Shown piece after piece: positions 41,114-49,338 of a stretch of 64,000 bases of DNA (within the stretch, counting starts at the first letter, position 1; each line of letters begins with the position of its first letter). Below the pieces are notes generated by a model. The model saw only the letters and a list, made by a program, of their open reading frames with translations. It searched no databases and was not told the origin of the DNA. The stretch covers positions 25,015 to 89,014 of the forward strand of contig DLGJ01000015.1 of the NCBI GenBank assembly GCA_002482645.1, given 5' to 3'. This DNA is from Hyphomicrobiaceae bacterium UBA7697. GTDB taxonomy: Bacteria > Pseudomonadota > Alphaproteobacteria > Rhizobiales > Methyloligellaceae. Both the position numbers and the translations under genes were made by a program.

Positions 41114-41989
41114 ATGGGCTTACGTGACTACGACCCCAGACATAAAAACGACCCTGATCAGGACCAGGATCAGAAGCAAGATCAGGATCAGAAGCAAGAT
41201 CAGGACCAGAAGCAAGATCAGCTTCAGGGCCAGGCACAAGGCCAAGCTCAGGGCCAGGCTCAGCTAGCGGTCCAGGCTCTCTACCAGGAAAGCGACAACA
41301 AGAACGACAACGATAACGACAACAAGAACGAGAATGAGAACAAGAACGAGGTAGAGAACAAGCTCGACAACGAGGTCGAGAACAAACTCGACAACGCGGT
41401 TGAGAACAAGGTCGATAACGAGGTCGACAACAAGGTCAGCAACGAAATCAAGAACGAAGTCGAGAACAAGGTCGACGTGGATGTCGACATTGACATCGAC
41501 CTCGATCTCGACAGCCTGCCGACCGACGACGACCTGATCGATATCGAGAACTTCAATGCGCAGGACAACGAAGGCATCGTCCAAGCTCTCGCCAACGACG
41601 TATGGCAAGATGTCGCCGGCCCGGGCAACGACAACGCCTTCAATATCCAGCAAGTCAACTCGCTCGTCGACAACGACACGCTGGATCGCGCTGAAGTCAA
41701 GTATGACGCCGACGAAGTCGACGGCAAGATGGACGACAAGTTCGACGATGGAAACATCGGCGCAGGTTCGTTCATTCAGCAAGCCTTTGCCGATGGCGGC
41801 GAAGCCAAGATGGACGACGCCATGGCCGAGACCGAGATCGGCAACATCAGCGGTACCGGCAACGCGACCGCCGATGCGATCGTTAATCAGGAAGCGTTCA
41901 CCCAGAACATCGTTCAGGGTGCCAACATCCAGTTCAACTCAAATGAGATCTCGGTTGTTGGTGACGACGCGACTGATGCGATCCTTTAA
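41114..41989 (+). CDS. Acidic Q/N/D-rich repetitive protein, candidate T1SS substrate (major subunit)
   Basis: AAGGAGA RBS; QDQDQK repeats, QGQA repeats, NKxxNExE octads, VDVDVDIDIDLDLD; no signal peptide; no RTX nonamers. Confidence 0.85.
   Translation: MGLRDYDPRHKNDPDQDQDQKQDQDQKQDQDQKQDQLQGQAQGQAQGQAQLAVQALYQESDNKNDNDNDNKNENENKNEVENKLDNEVENKLDNAVENKVDNEVDNKVSNEIKNEVENKVDVDVDIDIDLDLDSLPTDDDLIDIENFNAQDNEGIVQALANDVWQDVAGPGNDNAFNIQQVNSLVDNDTLDRAEVKYDADEVDGKMDDKFDDGNIGAGSFIQQAFADGGEAKMDDAMAETEIGNISGTGNATADAIVNQEAFTQNIVQGANIQFNSNEISVVGDDATDAIL
41153..41270. repeat. 18-bp and 12-bp tandem repeats encoding QDQDQK and QGQA
   Basis: gatcagaagcaagatcag units, then cagggccaggca-like units. Confidence 0.85.
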
Positions 41990-42000
41990 CCCAGCCAAAA

Positions 42001-42027
42001 AGCCCGCGCGGACCCTCCGCGCGGGCT
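42001..42027 (+). terminator. Strong hairpin after the repeat-protein gene (terminator or mRNA stabiliser)
   Basis: agcccgcgcgg-accct-ccgcgcgggct followed by gctctttct. Confidence 0.75.
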
Positions 42028-42117
42028 GCTCTTTCTCAAATAAGAACGAAATTAGCAGGGAGACTTGGATAGAGGCGCCAAGAGCTGGACCAAGAGAAGT
42101 TTGGCGTGGAGGCATCG

Positions 42118-44124
42118 ATGGGCACCGGAGTTGCCGAGATCATCCGTCTGTTCGCAGGGCACTTCCACCTCAGCAATGAGTCGGGGCGCATGCGCCAGAG
42201 CTACGATGAGTTCATGGCCCATCGGGAACGCGACGATTTCGACCCAGGCAAGCATTCCCCCGCTCACAAATCGCCAAATCTAGACGAATTCGATACCGCG
42301 TCCCGATTCGTCGACCCGCAGTCCCCGGCACCCGGCCTGATCGGCTATGGTCCGGCGTCGGCAACCCCATTCCATTCAGGGCCGCGCCCTCCGGACATCA
42401 ATCCGATTGTCGACGAAAAGCTTCCGGACGACCTTCCACCACCGGGCGCTCCCTTCCTGCTCGTTGCTCCCAGCCTGCTGCAGATCGTAACCGTCATTTC
42501 AAACGTACCGGACGAAGCCGCGATCCATGTCACATACGATACAGGCGGCGATCAGCACCTGATCCAAGTCCAACAGCTTAATGTCATGTGGGACAATGAC
42601 ATTGCGATCTCCGAAGCGTGGTCGGTGGAGGCTCTCCAAGCACTGCAGTTTCGAGATATCGCGGAGACGCTTCAGGAACTCCATGACGAGGCGACGGCCG
42701 CGGTCCCTCCCGAGTTTTCCGATCTCGCCTTCAACACGGCGTCGCTCATATCGTTTGCCCGCGAATACGACGCCGCATGGGAAGCCTCGGGCGAAACCAC
42801 CAGAAGCGACGTCGAGCCTGGCGTCTACCTAAATGGCGAGCTTCAACCCGAAGGCACCGAGTTGCCCGTATTTCCGGTCGCGATCGGCTCCGAGGAGGAG
42901 TCTGAAAATCCATACCCGACGGACGTTCCCGCGCAGATCGTAACGGCAGGCTCCAACCTCGCCGCAAATGTCGCGGGCATCTTCGATATCAATCATGCGA
43001 TCGGCACCCTCGTCGTCGTCGGCGATTACTTTCGGACCGACGCTATCGTCCAGCTCAATCTCTATGTCGACGACGACGACATCACATACGCTGGCGATGG
43101 CATTTTCCAGATCGAGGGTGGCGGCAACGAGGCCTTCAACATCGCGACCTTTCTCGACACGGACGCAGGAGTTCCAAGCTTTGCGGGAAGTAATATTTTT
43201 CCCGGAATCGACTGGCACGTCGATGTGCTTGACGGCGACTTGTATGACGTCAGCGTTGTAACGCAGAAGAACTGGCTATACGACAACGACATTTCCGTTC
43301 AGGACGCCTACTTGGCCAACTATCAGCTCTTGATGGGGGCCAACGAGCAAGGCAACTTCGCCGAAATAATAACGATAGACGGAGACTACGATCTGGTCAT
43401 CGTCCTCGGCGACTACCACGAGATCAACTTTATCTATCAGAAGAACGTCCTGCTCGATCCCGACACACTCAAGGTGCTCGGCTACGACGCCTCCTTCCCG
43501 GAAGGCGACGGTCTGTCGGATCCATCCATAACGGCCGGCGCGAACTGGCTTCAGAACGAAGCGTTGATCGAGCAATGGGGAACGCAGGCCTATCAAGCGC
43601 TCACACCGGAATGGGAGGCCTTGATTGCGCAGCTTAAAAGTGGCGATACCGAACTGGATCCTTCGGCAGGAATCGGCATTCCGAACTTCAACGACCCCGA
43701 GTTCAACATCCTGTTGATTACGGGCAATGTCTACGACGTCAACGCCATCGAGCAGGAAAACGTCGTTGCCGATGCCGATGTCGCGCTTCAAGTGTTGCCC
43801 GCCGCGGCCGCGGCCGCCGATCCGGTCATGCAGGTGGCATCCACCGGCGAGAACGCACTCGGGAACTTCGCCACCATCGTCCACACCGGCCCTGCAGCGG
43901 ACTACTACATCGGCGGCGACCTCTATGAGGACGAGCTGCTCATCCAAACCGAATTGGTCGCGACCGATGACGACACGGTAAAGGAGTCGGATCCGGACGT
44001 CTTGGCGAACGAGCTCGTTGCCTTTGCCTCGCTCCCCGAGGGAGACGGTCAGGATGAGGACGCCGTTGCGGTCCCCGTTCACGACTCCGGCCATGCTGAC
44101 GTACTCGGCAATGTCCTCACCTAG
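42118..44124 (+). CDS. Acidic repeat protein, candidate T1SS substrate (minor subunit)
   Basis: GGAGG RBS; five alternating QxNxxxDxD and GxNxxxNxA motifs; no signal peptide or RTX nonamers; directly upstream of the T1SS genes. Confidence 0.85.
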   Translation: MGTGVAEIIRLFAGHFHLSNESGRMRQSYDEFMAHRERDDFDPGKHSPAHKSPNLDEFDTASRFVDPQSPAPGLIGYGPASATPFHSGPRPPDINPIVDEKLPDDLPPPGAPFLLVAPSLLQIVTVISNVPDEAAIHVTYDTGGDQHLIQVQQLNVMWDNDIAISEAWSVEALQALQFRDIAETLQELHDEATAAVPPEFSDLAFNTASLISFAREYDAAWEASGETTRSDVEPGVYLNGELQPEGTELPVFPVAIGSEEESENPYPTDVPAQIVTAGSNLAANVAGIFDINHAIGTLVVVGDYFRTDAIVQLNLYVDDDDITYAGDGIFQIEGGGNEAFNIATFLDTDAGVPSFAGSNIFPGIDWHVDVLDGDLYDVSVVTQKNWLYDNDISVQDAYLANYQLLMGANEQGNFAEIITIDGDYDLVIVLGDYHEINFIYQKNVLLDPDTLKVLGYDASFPEGDGLSDPSITAGANWLQNEALIEQWGTQAYQALTPEWEALIAQLKSGDTELDPSAGIGIPNFNDPEFNILLITGNVYDVNAIEQENVVADADVALQVLPAAAAAADPVMQVASTGENALGNFATIVHTGPAADYYIGGDLYEDELLIQTELVATDDDTVKESDPDVLANELVAFASLPEGDGQDEDAVAVPVHDSGHADVLGNVLT

Positions 44125-44150
44125 AATACGATCAGGGGCGCACCTCCAAC

Positions 44151-46169
44151 ATGGCCGACAATAACCGAAATCCGCTTCACAACGGCAGGACGAACGGAGC
44201 CGGCGCCGACAGCCCCAACGGTTCCGGTTCCGTGTCCACCGAAGCCGGAGAGGAAGCCGCAAGCAGATCGAACCACGGCAGCGGCACGGCGCTCGGCAAT
44301 ATCTTTGACGGCATCAAGAACGGCGCGCGCGCCAATGGTGCCAACGGTCATGGTGCCAACGGTCACGGCGCAAATGGAAGCGCTCCGATCGGCGGACGCG
44401 TCTCCAGTTTGGATTTCCGGGGAGTCCTCACCAAGGGCCTCGCCAGTTGCCGGCGCAACCTCGCGACCGTCGCCGTGTTCTCCTTCGTCGTGAACCTGCT
44501 TGTGCTGTCCATTCCGATTTATCTCTTCAACATCTCCGACCGCGTACTCACGAGCCAAAGCATGGACACGCTCGTCATGCTGACGATCGTCGTCGTCGGG
44601 GCGATCGGCGCGCATGTCCTGCTGGACCTGGCGCGGAGGACCATCCTCATGCGCGTCGCGGTCGATCTGGAGAGCAATCTCGGCGCGCCGGTCTTGAGCG
44701 CGGCGGCCCGATCGTCGCAAAACGGTTCCAGCCGCGAGTTTCAAATTCTGTCGGAACTCCAACACTTGCGTAGCTTCATAACCGGACCGGTGCTCCTCAC
44801 CATGCTCGACATGCCGGTGGTGCCGATCTATCTCGTCGTGGTCTTTCTCGTTCATCCCCACCTCGGTTTCATCGTGCTGGCGACCGGCACCGTGCTGCTG
44901 ATACTTGCGCTCCTGAACCAGAAGCTCACGGCCGTACATTTCGGTCGCGCGAACGCCTTCGGCACACGGGCCAACCTGCAAGCGGACGCCATGGCGCGGA
45001 ACGCGCAGGTGATGAACGCCATGGGCATGGTGCCGGAAGGCGTCTTGATATGGGGCGGCGAGACGGCGGAGTCCTTGAAGTCTCAGGTGTCCGCGCAGGA
45101 TCGCAACATCTGGCTGACAGCCCTGTCCAAGTTCGTCCGGCTCTGTACGCAGATCGCGATCCTCGGCTGGGGCGCTTACCTCGCGACGCACGGGCATTTG
45201 ACCGGCGGCATGATCATCGCGGCGTCGATCGTCGGCAGCCGCGCGCTCTCGCCGATCGAAGGCACGATCGAAGGCTGGCGCAGTTTCGTTCAGGCACGGT
45301 CCGCCTTCGCCCGGGTGAAAAAACTGCTGCAATCCTCGCCGTTGAACTTCGATAGGCTGCGCCTGCCGCGCCCCAAGGGCCATCTCATGGTGGATCGCAT
45401 CCTCTACGTGCCGCAGCCCGCGAAGAAGGTCATCCTGAACGGTGTTTCGTTCGAACTGCAACCCGGCGAGTCTCTTGGAATTGTCGGCGCGTCCGGAACC
45501 GGAAAGTCGACCTTGGGAAAGATGCTCGTCGGCTCGATCTTTCCCACGGCGGGTAACGTCCGCCTCGACATGATGGATCTACGCAACTGGGATCCGCGGC
45601 AACTCGGCGAGAACGTCGGGTATCTGCCGCAAGACGTCCAACTTTTCCCCGCGTCCATAAAAGAAAACATCGCCCGCATGCGTAGAGACGCGAGCGATGA
45701 ATCCATCTTCGATGCCGCGGAGATGGCGGACGTTCACAGCATGGTATCGGAGTTCGCTCAAGGGTACGAAACGCAAGTTTCCATGGATGGAACGCCGCTT
45801 TCGGGCGGCCAGAAACAGCGTATCGGTCTTGCCCGCGCCTTCTTCGGAGATCCGCAACTCGTCGTACTGGACGAGCCGAACTCCAATCTCGATCCGCCGG
45901 GAGAACGTGCGCTGGCGCGCGCTCTGGGGCTGGCGAAGGAGAAGCAGATCACGGTGATCGCGATCACCCAGCGGCCGTCGCTGCTGAGAAGCGTCGACAA
46001 GATCCTGATCCTCAACAAAGGAACGGTTCAGGCGCTCGGCGATCGCGCCGATATCATTCCGCTGCTCACGGCGCGCAAGGAGCTCGCAACGCAAAAGGCC
46101 GCCGCCAATGGCGGCGAGGCGGACTATCAGGCCGAGGAACTAGACGACCTGGACCGCCAAGGCGATTAG
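44151..46169 (+). CDS. Type I secretion system permease/ATPase (PrtD/AprD-like)
   Basis: DRVLTSQS, TM region, GASGTGKST, LSGGQKQRIGLARA, LDEPNSNLD. Confidence 0.95.
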   Translation: MADNNRNPLHNGRTNGAGADSPNGSGSVSTEAGEEAASRSNHGSGTALGNIFDGIKNGARANGANGHGANGHGANGSAPIGGRVSSLDFRGVLTKGLASCRRNLATVAVFSFVVNLLVLSIPIYLFNISDRVLTSQSMDTLVMLTIVVVGAIGAHVLLDLARRTILMRVAVDLESNLGAPVLSAAARSSQNGSSREFQILSELQHLRSFITGPVLLTMLDMPVVPIYLVVVFLVHPHLGFIVLATGTVLLILALLNQKLTAVHFGRANAFGTRANLQADAMARNAQVMNAMGMVPEGVLIWGGETAESLKSQVSAQDRNIWLTALSKFVRLCTQIAILGWGAYLATHGHLTGGMIIAASIVGSRALSPIEGTIEGWRSFVQARSAFARVKKLLQSSPLNFDRLRLPRPKGHLMVDRILYVPQPAKKVILNGVSFELQPGESLGIVGASGTGKSTLGKMLVGSIFPTAGNVRLDMMDLRNWDPRQLGENVGYLPQDVQLFPASIKENIARMRRDASDESIFDAAEMADVHSMVSEFAQGYETQVSMDGTPLSGGQKQRIGLARAFFGDPQLVVLDEPNSNLDPPGERALARALGLAKEKQITVIAITQRPSLLRSVDKILILNKGTVQALGDRADIIPLLTARKELATQKAAANGGEADYQAEELDDLDRQGD

Positions 46170-46179
46170 GAGTGCTGAG

Positions 46180-47520
46180 ATGAGTCAGGGACCGGCTCCC
46201 CAAGAATGGCATGCGGGCATTCCCCGTTCGACGCGCACCGCGACGATATTTGGCTTTTTGGTCATGGCCGCATTCTTGCTCGGCTTTGGGTCGTGGGCAT
46301 CCACGGCCCCCATCGCCGGCGCGATCATTGCCGGCGGTTCCTTCGTCGCAACCGGTGAAAACAAGATCATTCAGCATCTGGAAGGCGGCGTAATCAAAGA
46401 GATCCGCGTTCGCGAAGGCGACGTCGTCGAGAAGGGCGATGTTCTCATTGACCTGGACGAAAGGGAGCCGCGGACGGAGTTGCGCCGCTTGGAATTGCGC
46501 AAGGCCCGCGCCGTGGCCCAGGAAGCACGCCTGACCGCGGAAATGAACGAACAGGATGATGTGACGTTCCCGCGAGAACTCGCCGGTCGCGAATTCGATC
46601 CGGACATCTCGGAAATACTGGAACGCGAACGCCAAGCCCTGACGGCAAGACGCAATGCCGTCAAAACCGAAATCGCAACGCTCATGGAAGGCGTCGACGC
46701 CTTGGATCAACGGGTCGAAGGCGGAAAGCTCCAACTCGCCGCGGTCCAGCAGCAGTTGGCCTATGTTGAGGAAGAACTCGATGGAAAGCGGACCTTGCTC
46801 AAGAAGGGGCTCATCCGCAAACCGGAAGTTCTGTCGTTGGAGCGCGCCAAAGCGAACCTCTCGGGTGAGATCGGCAGGCTCAATGGAGAGATTGGCGACG
46901 CACGCGAAAGAATCGCACGCATCATGGAGCAGGTGACCGGCGTCCGAAACAATACCGTCAAGGCCGCGGTGGAGGAGATGCACAAAGTCTCCGCCGAACT
47001 CAAGGACGTACGCGAACTCATAAACGCGGCGAAGGCCGTCGTCGAGCGGGTCAGCATCACCGCGCCGGTCAAGGGTATCGTCGTGAAGCTCCAATACCAC
47101 ACGCCCGGCGGCGTCATCGAGCCGGGCAAGCCGATCATGGAAATACTTCCCGTTCAAGCGGAGCTGCTGATCGAGGCGCAAGTCAGACCCCGGGACATCG
47201 ACGTCGTCAAACGCGGCCAGCACGCCATGGTTCGGCTCTCCGCTCTCAATCGTCGTATCACGCCAATGATCCCCGGCGAGGTCGTGTACGTCTCCGCGGA
47301 TTCCTTGGTGTCGGGGAAGCAGGAAGCACAGCAAAGTCCCAGCGACGTCTATATCGCACGCATCAGGTTGAATCTGATCGAGGCATCGAAACTGCCGGAC
47401 TTCGCGCCCACACCCGGAATGCCAGTCGAGGTCTATATCAAGACCGCAGACCGGACCTTCCTCGAATATCTCTTCAAGCCTATCGAGGATAGCATGTCTC
47501 GAGCGTTCCGTGAGTTGTGA
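46180..47520 (+). CDS. HlyD family type I secretion membrane fusion protein (PrtE-like)
   Basis: N-terminal TM; KIIQHLEGGVIKEIRVREGDVV; ITAPVKGIV; TPGMPVEVYIKT. Confidence 0.95.
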   Translation: MSQGPAPQEWHAGIPRSTRTATIFGFLVMAAFLLGFGSWASTAPIAGAIIAGGSFVATGENKIIQHLEGGVIKEIRVREGDVVEKGDVLIDLDEREPRTELRRLELRKARAVAQEARLTAEMNEQDDVTFPRELAGREFDPDISEILERERQALTARRNAVKTEIATLMEGVDALDQRVEGGKLQLAAVQQQLAYVEEELDGKRTLLKKGLIRKPEVLSLERAKANLSGEIGRLNGEIGDARERIARIMEQVTGVRNNTVKAAVEEMHKVSAELKDVRELINAAKAVVERVSITAPVKGIVVKLQYHTPGGVIEPGKPIMEILPVQAELLIEAQVRPRDIDVVKRGQHAMVRLSALNRRITPMIPGEVVYVSADSLVSGKQEAQQSPSDVYIARIRLNLIEASKLPDFAPTPGMPVEVYIKTADRTFLEYLFKPIEDSMSRAFREL

Positions 47521-47555
47521 CGCGTTGACGTTCTCGCGGCGCCGGCGCCGGCCGT

Positions 47556-49064
47556 TCAATGGACGAGCGTGATCGGCCCGTTCTGTAAGCGCGTCGCGGT
47601 GTGGTACGCCGAGGTGGCCTCTCCGGTTTTACCCAGAGCCAGCAGAACCTGCGCGAGCCGCGAGTACACCTCCGCGTCCGACGGTTTTCGCTGGAGAGCT
47701 TGACGGTACGTCTTTGCCGCGTCCTCGAAGCGCGTCTGCGCCTCGTAGGCAAGTCCAAGCCGAAGCCAGGCGTTGTGCGCGTCCGGCTTGATGGACACAA
47801 GTTTCCGGAACATTTGGGTTGCACCGCGATAGTCGCCCTTGCGCATCAAGAGCTGCCCGCAACCATACAGCGCCGCCGGAGATCGAGGCGTCACCTTGAG
47901 CACCTGACGATAGCCGCGCTCGGCGCCGGCGAGCTTGTTCGCCTTATGGAGCTGTATCGTTTTCTGAAGGACGCGTGAAATGCAGCGAGGATCGAGCTTG
48001 CCGCCGAGATTCTGATTCCCTGGCGCCGTGATGACGAGATTGCTGAGCAACGCTTCGTCGACGCCGAACATGTATTTGTACTCTTCGTTCCCGCGCAGAA
48101 AATCGTACGTAACGATGCCGTTCCCGATGGCATGCCGCAGACTGTAGGCATGGAGCGCGACACCCGGCGGCACCGGGCTACGTACCGTTTCGTCGCGGCC
48201 GGCCATGAAGAACAGAAACGCTTTCTTCTGACGGTCGACCAGGGTGGCGAGCGCACCGAGCGGCTTGTCTCCTTGCCACATGACGGGGAGAAAAAGGGCG
48301 CCGCCGTCGAAGCATGCCCTGAACATGCCTCGGTTCGTGCGCACCAATCTGTGCAGCCGGTCCCCTTTGCGCTGCGCCCATTTGGTGCGCCAGAAATTCA
48401 TAAGGATGTCGAGGTCGCGATCGATCGTGTCCTCGTTGGCGACCGTAATGCGGTACTCCTGTCCATCGTCGATCTTCCGCAGAAAGCGGCGCATCTTTTG
48501 TCGTGTGTTCGAGCCAAGCCCTGCAAGATACGCGTCCCAATTTTGCGGCAGGCCGACATACGGACAAACGAGATTGTTGACGTTGTCCAGCTTGTTGACG
48601 GCGGGAATCTCAATCCGGCGAAAGTCGCTCGAGGGCAAACTTCGCAAGAGGCGTTCCAGCCTGCCGGGAGACGACCGGAAGAACTCCAGCATCAACACGG
48701 ACCAGTTGGCCCGGCGAAGAAAGCGGCCGAAGGCGGATACCGTTTGTCCTTCGTATTCGGGACGCGTGATGAGGCCGGAATAGTCGGACAATCCCCGGCC
48801 GGCGAGCGAAATCTCGTTGTAGAAACCTCCCTCCCGCCTGCGCATTTTTGTGCGCAGTCTCAGAGGAAAGAACGCCACATAGCCGGAAGACCGGCCGGGC
48901 GCGGCGGCGAGAATGAACCATTGAGACCTGTCGCCATCGAGCCAGCGTGAGATCCAGGTCCACGACAAGAAGAACTGCGCCTCGGGATCGCTCGCATACA
49001 CGGCGTCCCAATTTTCCCTGATATCAAGCAACTCTTGGCGCGTCTCGATGATGTCAATGCGCAT
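47556..49064 (-). CDS. GNAT family (CelD/BcsL-like, Acetyltransf_6) protein with C-terminal TPRs
   Basis: FFLSWTW, DYSGLI, CPYVGLPQNWDAYL, YDFLRGNEEYK, then TPR-like helices. Confidence 0.85.
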   Translation of the reverse strand: MRIDIIETRQELLDIRENWDAVYASDPEAQFFLSWTWISRWLDGDRSQWFILAAAPGRSSGYVAFFPLRLRTKMRRREGGFYNEISLAGRGLSDYSGLITRPEYEGQTVSAFGRFLRRANWSVLMLEFFRSSPGRLERLLRSLPSSDFRRIEIPAVNKLDNVNNLVCPYVGLPQNWDAYLAGLGSNTRQKMRRFLRKIDDGQEYRITVANEDTIDRDLDILMNFWRTKWAQRKGDRLHRLVRTNRGMFRACFDGGALFLPVMWQGDKPLGALATLVDRQKKAFLFFMAGRDETVRSPVPPGVALHAYSLRHAIGNGIVTYDFLRGNEEYKYMFGVDEALLSNLVITAPGNQNLGGKLDPRCISRVLQKTIQLHKANKLAGAERGYRQVLKVTPRSPAALYGCGQLLMRKGDYRGATQMFRKLVSIKPDAHNAWLRLGLAYEAQTRFEDAAKTYRQALQRKPSDAEVYSRLAQVLLALGKTGEATSAYHTATRLQNGPITLVH

Positions 49065-49338
49065 AGGGTACGCCTTATATCATATAACAAACTACTTAAA
49101 GAGTACTATAATATGGCTTTCGTGTATATATTTTTCTAAATGAAATATCGTCTAAGTAACTTTACGCCTCAAATGCGACGAAAAACTTGCCCAGTAGCGC
49201 CTTGAGTGATAGGTTGCTTTCGGTGCGCGAGAGCCCCGCCGCTTCGGAAGGGGACCCGCCCCACAGCTACTGTCATGCCGAAGGACGTTCGCGCACCGCT
49301 GTTGGCTCGGATTCACCCGACGCCGAGGGAGGCCCAAA

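Noticed and set aside
41114-44124. RTX toxin or RTX adhesin call for proteins A and B
   Set aside because: No GGxGxDxUx nonamers in either translation.
49066-49080. GGGTACGC motif shared with the 40645 region
   Set aside because: Short, overlaps the ribosome-binding region of the GNAT gene and is plausibly coincidental.
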